From Paecilomyces variotii (Eukaryota), in NCBI GenBank assembly GCA_004022145.1, contig RCNU01000001.1: a DNA stretch of 64,000 bases; one strand, 5' to 3'. This document shows, one piece after another, positions 1 through 12,270 of the stretch. The translations under genes were made by a program, and so were the position numbers. Position 1 is the stretch's first letter, and each line of letters starts with the position of its first letter. The notes below the pieces were generated by a model. The model made no database searches and was not told the origin of the DNA. It saw only the letters and a list, made by a program, of their open reading frames with translations.

Positions 1-3000
1 TCACAACTCGGGGACGCCAAACTTCCGCACAGTTGGCCTTTTGGATCAACTTTTCAGGGACCAACGCCTTACTGCATTGATTTTCCAGTGTACCTCGAAG
101 GAGGCCGACAACCTTGGACGTTTCCTCAACGAAATCCTCCGAGATCTAAGCCGATGGCATGCTGACAAGGCCGTATATGAAAAGGAGGCGTTTGGAACAA
201 AGAGGGATCTTCCTGGATTTGCGATGGCCGTTGACCCTGAGGGTAAACCCGCGACCTTCTTGGACTATGAGGACTTCCGTCGGCTGCTTTACAAGTGGCA
301 CCGGCTCATAGCATCGGCCCTAAAGACCTGTCTTAACGGAGGAGAATACATGCACATCCGAAATTCCATTAGTATTCTCAAGGCTATTGTTCAATATTTC
401 CCCGCTGTGAACTGGATCGGTCGCGATATGCTCACTAGCGTCAACAACCTAAGCCAGAACGACGAGAGAGACGATGTCAAGACGCCTGCGGCATCTCTGA
501 TCGGAGATCTCAACAGGAGAGAAAAGAGATGGATGCTACCGCAAGCATTCATGATTGTGAGTCAACCATAAACCCATAGTCAGATCGAGGCTAATACACC
601 CAAGAATGAGTCCATACCAGCTGGAAAGTCCAAGGCACCCCGGCCTCGGTCTACTACCCCGAGACCGCTGAGCGCAACAGCTCCAGAATTCAAGCCAATA
701 GCAGCTACGAAGTGAGTCGATCTGCCATAACTGGATCCCAATTGGACTGATAGTTCTGATAATGATATCCTTTCTAGTGTCAACGGCGGTGCGAGGGCTG
801 CAGGTACCGGGAAGACAGAAGTCGAGGATGGAGAGATTGAAGATGCGAAGATGACAGATACACAAGCCGAGGCAACATCTGAAGAGGCCAAGAAAGAGGA
901 TGAACAGGCCGAGTCTCTGGTGGAGACAGCCAAGGAAGAATCTAGGCCTGAGACAGCTGCTGCGTCCCAAGATACGGTGCCTGAGTCCAGAGAAGCTGAC
1001 CAGCATCCTTCCCGTGCTCGAGTCTCGCCTTCACCGTCACGATCACGCCCCAGCCCCAAGCCATCAGACACTTCCCGCCCATCAAACGTGCCTAAGAGAC
1101 CAGATATCGACAGAACGTCTTCGAATAATCTCACATCTCGTACAGACCCGAATCTACCGAGCAGGCCAGAACCTCGTCCCTACAGACATGGCGACGGTCG
1201 AGGACCCAGGGGGCAACCGGATCTCATTGATGAGAGACGCGATCCTAGGGACAGCAGGCATCCGGAATTTTCGAGGTCTGGGAGGTTTGGAGAGCATGAT
1301 CGTGATCGCTCTTTCGAACATGGCAGGCCTGACCGTCTTGAGCCTCCTCGTGGTGATAGAGACTTCCCTACCAGACCAGATGATCAATTCCGCGGGCCCT
1401 CGTATCGAGACCGTCCACCCCGTGAGGCAGACTGGCCTGAGAGACCAGGACGCGGGCGTCCACCTCCAATAGAAGGGTACCATGGAAGGGCAGATACCGA
1501 TCGCTTTTCGAGGGACGGGCCTCTCCCTCTGCGGACCGGGGTCCAGCCTCACCCTGACCGGGCAGAGCTCATTCGTGAACATCCTGATCGGGCGTCTCTC
1601 ATCGAAAATGAGGGGCATCGCCGTGGAGAGAAGGACGAGCGGAGGTCTCATTCTTCGAGGACATCATCTCCACCTAGGTTAGATGACTCGCGACCGCCTC
1701 CCCGTCCAGAACGCTTTGACGACCGCAGAGGTCCTGGTTACCCTTCGCGACAGGACGACTTCCCTAGTGGACCTCGCAGCGAACGGCCTGGTCGTGGTGA
1801 TATACCTGAATCCAAAGACTCATGGGGAGGACCGGATCTTTCGCATGGACGGTTACGGCCACCTGAGCAGCCCTCAGACATCCCTTCGGGACCCAGAGGG
1901 AGAAATGCAGGGCGACGCGATGCCCGCAATGCACAACACGCACCTCCTGCTCCTCCGGTTAATTCGACGCCTCTTCCGGAGCGTCAACCACCGACTGGCC
2001 CTGGCCGGCGAGGGCCTCCTCAAGAACCAGCTCCATCGTCAGGCGGACCACCTTCTCCCGCAACTGAAAGGTTAGATACTACCGGGATTCACCCTGATAG
2101 GCTTAAGGCGTTACAATCGTCCATGGACCCAGTTGCACCACCATCAGGTCCCCGGGGCGGTGCTCATGGACCGCCTTCGGAACAGCCGCCTCCTAGAGGT
2201 CCTCCTTCAGGCCCGAGCTTCGCTGGAGAGCGTGGTCGAGGGGATAAGCGCTTTGCAGGTCTCAACAACATGTTGCAGCAATCTGGCGGTCCTCCAGAGC
2301 GCGGATCGGGTACTTCAATCCGTGGAAGAGGTGCCAATCGTCAAGGCGGTTCGATGACAGCTCCCTCACTCCAGTCAACGCGCCCACGGACTCCCACTGA
2401 AAGCCACGAAGAGAGTAACCGTTCTGGTCCTCACGGCCGTCCTGAACTCTTCCCCAGTCGTCCTGGCGGGCCCCCATTTCCCACCGATGACGCACATCCT
2501 CCAACGCGTCCAGCCGGTGGCAGACGCAGCGAGATAATAGAAGATACAGCCGCAGAGCCTCGACGCCTTAGCCGTCACTCGTCAAGTTCTAATCTGAACC
2601 CGGAGCGCGAACGAGAACGTGACCGTGACCGGGACCGTGAGCGCCGCGGTGATGAGGAAGCTGGTCGCAGCAGCAGCCGAAGGGAAGAGCACCGAGATCG
2701 CGCAAAAGAGTATGACCGCGAGACTCGCCGCAGGGGCGACAACAGTGCTAGCGCAGGCCGTGAGGAATCCTTCGAGTCAAGAGAATCCTCTTCCCGCCGA
2801 GGAGGTCACAGCCGCGATGAGAACCGACGAAGGGAACGACGAGAACGTGACGATGGTTTGGGACCTGGTAACGAGAGCCAAGGCCGTTTAAAACCACCTC
2901 CTATGAACGCTGGTGCTCCCCCGCCTCCCCCACCGCCACCTCCAGGTGGCCCAGCCGAAGATCGACGATGGGGCGGTGGTCGCGGTGAGAATCGCGATCG

Positions 3001-3178
3001 CGAACGTAACCGCGATAGAGACCGGGGTGACAGAGACTACCGTGAGGGTGGCAGTAGCATTCTCCCTCGAAAGCGCGGCCGTCCAGGCGGAGACGAGAAC
3101 CACGGCAGCCATCAGGCAGGCGGAGGCCGTGGCGCCAGAGTCGGCAGCGAGAGCAAGCGCGCAAGACGGGGTCCATGA
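1..3178 (+). CDS. THO2: THO complex subunit 2 (Tho2/THOC2), 3' part; gene starts before the window
   Basis: Tho2 C-terminal domain (YEDFRRLLYKWH...EYMHIRNSISILK...FPAV...RDDVK), then a long R/D/P/G low-complexity tail. Introns 557-604 and 712-777 join ORF 41-571 in frame to ORF 851-3178. Confidence 0.9.
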
Positions 3179-4271
3179 AGTATCCTTTCCTCTTCCTACG
3201 TCCTCTATCATTTCACATACGCCATTTCTGCGAGTCACGAAGACAAATCAAAAGGGCACAAAGACCATAATGTATGCATCCAAGTCACATTCCCCGTGAT
3301 GAATCACTACCGTCTACTATCCACAAAACATAGCATAGCACAGCCAAACCTCTTTTATTCTGTTTTATCCTTTTCTCGGCTTCATTTCATCATTTTTCAC
3401 ATTTACAATCTACAATTTCTGCGAGGAGGGAAAACCTCTCTTCAATCATTCCTGTACGGCGCAGCATGACGATGAATTGTTCTTTCTTTCGTGTTCTAGG
3501 TATTATATGTGTCAGGGGAGAAATACCTTTTTCTTTCTTTTGTCCGGGTGGTTCTTTTACTACAATAACGTGTCTTAGTTGAAGACTTGAGTGTCACTTT
3601 TGATACAATACATTGATAAGTGTAAATTGGCAAGAGAGACTTCTCTCGATATGCATCCGAGATGTCAACTATAATGCTATCCTAGTGTGTTGCGATTTTT
3701 ATCTCAAATCAATTACTCCCTTGATGACAACCTCAATAACCGCTTTATCAACTAGAGTATTAACAAAAACTCCTGATTGAATCTATCCATGCCTAGCGAG
3801 CGTACTTTTTCGTCTTTGGGTCTCTAGCTTATATGATACATGACCAAGAGTGTATGAATCCACAGAAGACACGCTTTGCAAAAGGGAACAAACAAAAGAG
3901 CTTAGGGTATATGGTTTGCAGTAAGACATGTAAGCGAAAGTGATTTTCATATGAAGAGAAAGATGCATCAACGCAAAGAGTAGACATGATATCAAAGAGG
4001 ATCGGAAAAAAGAATATTTCGTCTGATCGTGCCATAATTTGCAGGGTATCTTCTATAGTTATTTTTTTGGGGTCCTTCATTCGTCCGCCTTCCCATCCAC
4101 GAATATACCTCGTTGCTGCCGAAAAAGGGAACAGATCAGTTCTCACATGTGTGATAAGAACTTATCCAAAGATAAGAAAAACCGGGAAAAGAGCGAGAGT
4201 AATGTTGTCCCCAATTGAAGTTGGTCTATCAAAAGACATCGAGTGTAAAATGCTGTTGCAAACGCTCTCTA

Positions 4272-5806
4272 TCATCCGAAGGAAGCAGTAACCGCGGAAG
4301 ACTTCTTCTTTCCTAGGCCTAGGACAGATAACTTGCGTCTCAGTCCGTGTTTCTTTTTGTGTGTCGTATCTTTATCCATGTTTGGAAAGAACGTAGGAGA
4401 CTTCGGGCCTCCCAGCTGATTAGCCATTCGGGTGCCATACTGGCCTGGTTGTATATGTTCGGACTTCGTGCTTGGCCAGAGGCTATAGTCAGCTCCATCA
4501 GCAGGCTTCTCCTGGTGACCGCTAACACTGGTAGCGGTAATCACTCCAATGGAACCAGTCATCTTTTCCGCAACCGCCCGTTGGAGTTGTAGCTGGCGTT
4601 GTCTCTCCTCTTCCGCCGTGATGACACCTGTGCACATCTTTTCCATGACTGCATTCTGCAAGTCTAGTCTCCTCTGTCTTTCTTCCGCCGCTGACATGAC
4701 ACGTTTCTCCCCATCAGCGTCGATGATGATTGCGACACCTTCACTTCCATTGACCATCGCAGGTCCATTGCTTTCCCCGTCTGACCGTATGTCACTAGCA
4801 CCTCTGCTGCGCTTCGACATAGACTTTGGGCGAGATAGGCTGGGGACTCTGCAGGGAAGCTTGGAGCCACTGAAGCCTATCCATGGATCTACATCAGAGT
4901 CATCGAATTCGGACTCTGCTTGTCCCTCTGTCGGGACCATTGTGTCCTGGGGAGGAATTGTACTTAAGAGACTGGGATCGAAAGAAACTGGAGGTTCAAA
5001 TGACTGGTGCAGGGTGTCAACCTGCTTTCCTTCCAGACCAGCAAGTGACTGATCAATCATATGCTCGATGCCAGACGTAGATAGGTGCTCTGGCGATTGT
5101 TCCCTGGCGGACATGAAGCCGGAATCATCCATGTTGTGCGTTTCGTCACGAGCATTGCTGAGTCGGCTATAATCTTCGGGTTCCGAATCACTCTCGGATT
5201 CATAGAGACGAGTTGCGCCAGTACCTGCAGCAGACCCATTCTGTTGGTAGTCTGCATATGCTCTGGACACACGATGTTCTCTCGCGTCCATCATGAGAAT
5301 CCTCCTGCGGCGCTCATTCATATCTGGGGACGAGGCCCCAAGTGCCACGCCAGAATCATATTTCTCTTTCTTGAACACTTCGTCTTTGTTATCCATGGGG
5401 AATAAATAACCGTTTTGGTTGGGTGACCGATCCCATGTTTCCTGAGCGGACTGTCTCTGCGCATAGAACCTGTCGACTGTCTCCGTCTCTGGCTGATATG
5501 ACAGCGTGGAAGGCTGCCCAGTCTCGATATGATGGAATAGCAGCATGCACGAACACCGTAACTTCCCCATGGTCTCTGGAGAAAACTCTGGGCGTTCAAT
5601 CAGAGGGGATTCCGGCCTGTAGAAGATGGGGGTGTCGACAAAATCATAATACCGGCTGCGGTCCTCTTGAGGTAAGCTCGCCTGCCGTTTCTGTAAACAA
5701 TGTTAGGATCTCACATGGAGATGGTATAAACGCAACCAGGAATGGCTAGCCAAACACAGTCCTGGGACAATAAACTTACACTCGAACCCCGCGATAAGGA
5801 GAACAT
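4272..5806 (-). CDS. Hypothetical, largely disordered fungal protein
   Basis: The 432-aa ORF extends upstream to an acceptor at 5691. A GTAAGT donor at 5779 adds a 27-nt exon (MFSLSRGSS, ATG at 5806). Internal repeat AEERQRRLDLQNAVMEKM / EEERQRQLQLQRAVAEKM. No family recognised. Confidence 0.7.
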
Positions 5807-8800
5807 CCTAGCCTTCATCTTGTCAGTTGCCCTATACAGGGTAGCTTGACCCTAGTTGAAAATTGAAATCAAAGTCCGGAGGACCCGATTGCAGATCTCA
5901 GACACCGCAGTGGATATTGGCACCTATGCAGCTTGGCCGGAGCGCCAGGCAGGAAATTCAACGATCGAAGCAGTTGATAGACCGATGTGGAGAACTCGAG
6001 GCGTATCGTAAAGCAGTGAGAGTCAAGTCCACGAGGTACGTGACTGCGGGAGTTCTTCTCTGGGTTGCGCTGACACCGTGGGGTTCGAGCAGGGGACACA
6101 ATGTGGCCAGAACGCAACTTCGTGATTAAATATACCGATAGTAGAACAGTTCATCCATCAGACCAGTGTTGCGCCCAAACTGAGGCCATCCCGGTTGTTC
6201 TTTGTATTGCCAGCTTGTCTCACCATGAATCAGCACTGTGGTGCAATCCCGGAAGCATGACGTCCAAATATCGGATCTGCAGTGCGATGGGAAGTGAGGT
6301 GTGTGGAGAAGTCCAAACCGGCGTCTCGCGGAAGGTTTCTTTGATTCGTTTCTTTATGGTCTGAAGAAGATATGATCAACTAACTGCTCGATAGATCTAG
6401 AAAAGGACTGTCCTTGAGGTTCCGGGGCACAACAACAGCAGAGGATGGACAAGAGGGACTCAGAGCACAGCAGTCAGAGCTCAGGAGCACCGACGTGGGG
6501 AGGCCGAGGCTAGTCATTCTATTTATTCAATCTAGTTGACTCTTTTCTCGCCCTCCTACGAAGGAAAAACAAAGAACGGGGGGTCATCATCTGGAGAGCA
6601 TCGCCAAACTGGCGCGACTAACCTGTTAGGGCGCGCCAGGTTGGGTCACCTCCTACACCAGTCCACGGCTCTAGAACAGGTTTGGTCTGGTGTCACGCTT
6701 GGTGATGTCTAGCTTGCTGGTTTAGTGACCTTTTATTGTTTTAGTGCCTTTCGGCAAATCTTCGCCATGGGCGTTCTAGAGCTGCCCGCAGCCCGAGAGT
6801 CTTACACTATTATGTTGAACCTATCCAAAAGCGCCGACAGATCTTGGCCAGGTGGTCAACTGGGATTCTGGGCTGGATGGATGAAGCGCCCAGATGGTCT
6901 TTGTTGTAATAAGTCCCGCAGAACTCATGCTCCTGAAAGCACATCTTTTCCACCCTGGATGTCTTATTAACTAACACAATAGGGATTTATGGCAATGCTT
7001 TCGCAAGTTGATTGGTCTCAACAAATAGGATGCGTCGATGGTCTAAGACATAAATTCATGCTGACTGATTGATGGCTAACACGATCGTGCTTATCCACCA
7101 GGGGGATCCATGCCAATAGCCTCCCAATGTCCTGCTACCTTATTATTGTTCCGGAGCTTTCCTTAATATCCCAGGACAAACAGTCGCCACCAATCATTTA
7201 CTCCCCACCAAAATGGCAGTATCGCAGAGATCTCCCTGTGGACAACATCCGGTGGTGGTGGTGATGCCAACAGAGCAGCGCAATCAAGATTCTCTGCTTT
7301 GAAACAGCGTCATGGCCCCCCTCCCCTCGAAACACGTGCTGCATAGGTCTCTCTCGGCCTTTCGGGATCGCGAGGAAGATATGCAGGAAAGTCCCGATGA
7401 TAACATACAGCGTATCCCAGCACGCGTCAGGGCCCCGAAGGCGCTGTTTGGCTCCATCTGAGCGCAAGCCCGGAACCTGTTCACTATGTCCGTCTTACAG
7501 AGATGTGGCTGAGGAGATGAGAAGTTCGCCGGCTCTGATATAGCCAGCGCCCGCCGGCAAATCTTCCCAATGCGGTCTTTGGATGGTCCATCTCACTAGC
7601 TGCGAAAATGCAATGGCTGTGTGCCAAGCAGCGTCTCTATCAAAGGTGTCCCTGAGCTGAGCGTTGCTTGCGGAGTATATCTTGATGGAAAGTAGCAATG
7701 CAGTTGGTTTACTACTGAAGACTACAATCCAGCTCATGCTGAGTCTCCGTGACCGTTGACGGGACTGAAAGTGAAGATGGTGTTCTTCCGCTGATTGATA
7801 TGGTGCAACAATGGTCCACAATGGTTTCTTGGCAGGTTCCCATAAAGTCTTCGCTTTTCTTCATAGCGTCCCGAACTAGCGACCTTTTCGTACAAGCGAA
7901 GAGAAAAGCCTTCATGTTTTTGCCCCTTTCTCAGGGCCAACAATACTAGACTAACCAAATAATGAAGATGATCCACCAGCGACATCCGAGCGTCATGTGA
8001 TGTCTTCGGAGGAGATTCCGAGATGTCAGCAATTCGAGATCGAAGATGGTGATCGCAATGGAAATCCGTCGTTGTTGACTGTTGACAGATCTTGGCTTCA
8101 ATGCTCCACGATCTGAATCTCGCAGATCATCTGATATTTGTGGAAACAGTAGTCCCTCCGTGGACTGCAGACTCCAACTACTCCTCTTAACTAGAACGGG
8201 TCCGGCGACTGCTCGCAAAATGTGTATCTCGATAACTCCAGCGAAGCGCATTGCAGGTTCACCAAACAAGCACTCGGTCCTCCTGAACGGGGCCCGAGAG
8301 TGTTTAGTACCCAGGCAACGACTCACATTTGGAGCAGCTAGTTAGTCGCTCAAGCAAGGATAGTTAAGGATACGCCCTGACATCTTGGCAAAAGCGCGCA
8401 TGGACATTAGTCTTATGCAGATTAATCATGGGATGGTTTTGGAATAATTCAACCCCCAGTCTTTGGAGCGCTCGAAGTGTCGGAGAATCATTAATGGCCT
8501 CCTGTCTTGTGCTTCTGCTAGTATAACAATGCTCAAAACTGCAAGGAGGTCGACGCTTGATAACCATCACGATAACTACCGGCTGCGTTGCATTCGCAGG
8601 CAACGATGAGGGTCCCCTGCGGTAAAAGACTCCCATACTGTGTAGTCTTTTGTTGTCATTCGTTTGTGATCCCTAATTACCTATTTTCCCTTTCCCCGCA
8701 TTTTTGACCTTGCTACTCTTCGCGCTGTCTGCAGGGCCCGAGTCACAGCTATAGCACTATCAACTAATCACAGATGAGAGTAGCACGGCTACTATAGCGC

Positions 8801-9409
8801 TACAGTAGGTCAGGCGGTCTTGACTTGGTGCATCTGGAAGAACTCTACTGTAGCCTAAAAGTTCGCCACAGGCGCCAGGTCTAAATTTCTTAGCTTGAGG
8901 CAAAGTCGAAGAGGCTTAACTCTTAATGACCTCCTTATTGAGTTTTTCTAAGCGAGGAGAAATATGGTTTGGAACGTCGTGGTGGTTTCGGCAACTTACC
9001 ACGTGCTATTATTCGCTTGATCGTTTCATGCATCCAGGTGGGTGTTTTGTCCTTCTGTCGTTTGGATCGTGGAACTTTGACATAGATGATTTTGGGTAAG
9101 CTGTTCAATTGAAAGGGAGGTTGGGGGTGTGAGAATCGATGCGTCTATTATTATGATTTGCTCATTGTGAGATCCAATGTATGGTTTGAATCATATTTGA
9201 TTCTTGTTATGTCTATGTCTATGACTTAGATGGAAAGGAGCCATCCCTTAAGGATAAACTTCGCTGTCGATAGCCATCTGCACAGAAGAGAAGTAAAAGT
9301 TCGTCGTCGATGAATGGAATCTGATATCATAACGGTTCTGAAATCACATTAAAGCCCAACGAAAAAAGACACCAAATGAAGCTCATACCCGATGACAAAC
9401 TAGAAATGA

Positions 9410-10564
9410 CTAAAGGGTATTCACCAAGGACCTATCCCCATTCGCAATACTCTTCAACTTATCTGACCCCAGATACCGTCCCTTGAGGAGCCAGACAGCG
9501 ATGCTGGGAATCCTGAATCGGCCAGCAATACCTGTGCCTTTGCATCGACCAAGTGTCACTGCGAGGGCGCGCATGCTATTCGCGCCATAGGGCAGTGGTT
9601 CGTTCCCTCGAAGGACATTGTCCAAGTTCTGAGCCAAATGGAGGGCCTGTTCTTCTGCGTATTTGGCCTGTTTGGATTCGAGACCCGTTACGTCGCCGGC
9701 GGCCCAAATATTGTCGGTGGTGCGGACGCGCAGGAATTCATCCACTAGCACATCGCCGGACTCATTCACGACAGAGAGCGGTAAGAAGTCTGTATTGGCT
9801 TTCTCTCCGATGGTGGGCAGGTATAGATCCACGATCAGATCAGGCTCCCCCGTGGAGAATGTGAGTTTCGTCTTTCCGTCCGGAGTCGGAGATGCATCGG
9901 TGATTTTTGTATTGCGGATGATCTTGACGTCTAGTCGCACCAGCTCTTTCTCAGCAATCTCAGAGACATGCTCTGGGAGACTAGGTATAAGGCGCTCGTT
10001 CGACGTCACGATAGTTACCTCCTTTCCTTTCTTGTGGTACTCGTATGCGATTTCACCAGCCACTTCAGACCCAGTGGCACCTCCGCCTCCAATAACAATA
10101 GTCTTTGCAGCAGCAACCTTCTTTTGAAGCTCGTGCACGGATTCAACTGTCGTCTGGTAATCTTTCAATGGCTTCCAAGGCATGTCATTCTTGTACGAGG
10201 CGCCAGTAGCCACAACCAGATATTCATAATGGATCGTCTGTCCATCAGAGACAACGACCGTGTTGCTTGACGGATCCACTTTCTGCGCAGTCCCCAGGAT
10301 AAACTCGAAGCTCTCCTTGGGATATTTCTCGAAACCGGGTAGGAATGGGTGAAAGAGATCCTCGTCACGGAACTGGCCCGGGACGACGTATCGCACTGAT
10401 GCTAGGTTCCAGTACAACTGATCTGAAGGATTGATCAGTATGATCTTGATGTCCTTCAGCTGAGGATATGAATGTTTCAACAACTTGTGGGCAATGGCTA
10501 ATCCAGAAATGGATGCACCCAGGATAACAATTGTACGGGTCATGACGTTGGAAGGCGAGGACAT
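9410..10564 (-). CDS. AIF/AMID (FSP1)-like FAD-dependent pyridine nucleotide-disulfide oxidoreductase
   Basis: Intronless. FAD motif IVILGASISG, YEYLVVATGA, NAD(P)H motif IVIGGGGATGSEVAGEI, and VDEFLRV...NIWAAGDV. First ATG at 10564. Confidence 0.88.
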   Translation of the reverse strand: MSSPSNVMTRTIVILGASISGLAIAHKLLKHSYPQLKDIKIILINPSDQLYWNLASVRYVVPGQFRDEDLFHPFLPGFEKYPKESFEFILGTAQKVDPSSNTVVVSDGQTIHYEYLVVATGASYKNDMPWKPLKDYQTTVESVHELQKKVAAAKTIVIGGGGATGSEVAGEIAYEYHKKGKEVTIVTSNERLIPSLPEHVSEIAEKELVRLDVKIIRNTKITDASPTPDGKTKLTFSTGEPDLIVDLYLPTIGEKANTDFLPLSVVNESGDVLVDEFLRVRTTDNIWAAGDVTGLESKQAKYAEEQALHLAQNLDNVLRGNEPLPYGANSMRALAVTLGRCKGTGIAGRFRIPSIAVWLLKGRYLGSDKLKSIANGDRSLVNTL

Positions 10565-11532
10565 GAAAAAAAAGAGCAATAAAGCGATTCCGGGATAGAT
10601 CCTTTGACAAATGCAAAGTAATAAATCAAAACAAGAAGTAGAAGTCAATGGTGATGAGGAAATTAGGCTTGCGTAGCAAGGACACTGAATGCTTTCTAGA
10701 TCGACCTCTTTAAGACAGATTCCGTTTCGGCGTGTCCGACCTCACCATATATAACAATCGAGTCAGTAGAGGCAGCAGGGCCCTTTTTTATTAAGTATTA
10801 TTGCTCCACACTGCGAACAGCGGGCAATCGCTGGTCGTTGCAAAGGACGCTCAGTTGCAAGGCAGAAGTCGATCTAGTACATAATAATTCCAGAAAAGGA
10901 ACGAATTTGTCAGCGCTCTAACATAAGCAGTCGATAAATCGGAAAAGCCGTCCGACAGATGTTTTCTTCTGTATTATCTCGTATGTTGTCAATGTCAATG
11001 ATGAATGAAAGCAACCGAGAGTTCGGCTCGGCAGGTTTTCGATCCGGGCGCGGACACGGCAGCAAAACAGTCCGAGTCAGCAATGCGGGAAGATTGATTG
11101 ATTTATTCGCATTTCTATCAACTTCGATTTGATGAGCTATCTATCAGTTGAACCACGAAGAGTCATTTTCTTTCGATGTCACTCAATCGCAAAAATCAAT
11201 TTCATCACCGTCTGTGAATTTACGGCGCTCTAACAGGATCTAGTGTGGTTGCAACGTTGTACTGAGTCCTGAGATCTGGATTTGTCGCGTTTGGAGGAAT
11301 CTTCAGTAAGAATGGCAGAATCGTCCACAGCTTTGCTCGTCCATAAGTACTTATTTAGACAAGGGCTACAAGCATATTTCCAAATCCCACAGAAGGTATG
11401 AATTTGACGTTGATCATCTGGAAATTGTGCCCTACGTACGGCCCTGCGGTAGCTTTGCGTTCGACAAGCTATGCCATCTAGACTGCAGAAATGAATAACC
11501 CATATCTATGTTCATGCACTGTTGCACCGGAG

Positions 11533-12270
11533 TCATACGTCTTCGTCATGATCTTCAAGGGGAAATACTCTCGGACAGCAACTCCTTCCCTTTCAATATC
11601 AGATTGCTTAAGGAGTCCTGCCCTCATCGCTTGCGTGATGAATCTGGACTTTTCAAGTTGTGTTCATTATCAGGCACCCAGCCAAAAGCATCAATCCCAA
11701 TAATATCCCTCATTTCAACTCACCCACCTTTTCCTGTTCTTGGTCATATTCGCTGGTGCCATTCTATATCTCTTCTTCAGAGAGATTAAGAGGCCATTTC
11801 GTTGGCTCCATACCTAGACGGCACCCCGTGAAAATGCATAAGCCAATTTTGGCATACATGGGTCATAACATACTGCAGAGATACGAAGCCTCTCTCCCAA
11901 AGAGCCGCTGCACGGTTGAAAAGCTGAGCTCGAAGCATTGCATTTTTCATCTCTCAGAGCATCGAAATGCTCTGGGATGTCCTTCATCGTCAATACTGCA
12001 TAGTAAAAATGGACCAAACGCTTACGCATAGTCTTTCACAGCCTGTTGTTTCCCGGTGCTGAGATCACGGAAACTTTCAGGTAGCTTTACCTCTGGTTTG
12101 GTCAGAGATTCAGAGAGTGGACCACCCCAATTTCGAAAATAGTACGCTGTATCGGCACACTGGCAACGTGGTAAAGCCCCAGCATGTTGCCAGTCAATTA
12201 TTCCTACGATATCAGCCGACGCGCTTCCCAAAGTATTATTCGGCGAGTCCGGGTGGCGGAGAAGACGGCA
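11533..12270 (-). pseudogene. Degenerate APH/AIM9-like phosphotransferase-family gene
   Basis: Fragments in different frames: LRHPDSPNN..DIVGIIDWQHAGALP, MRKRLVHFYYAVLTMKDIPEHFDALR, GIDAFGWVPDNEH and the C-terminal EYFP.EDHDEDV*. Several frameshifts and stops. N-lobe not recognisable. Confidence 0.75.

Noticed and set aside
536..3299. Many overlapping alternative-frame and antisense ORFs over THO2
   Set aside because: Shadows of GC-rich low-complexity coding sequence, with no independent motifs.
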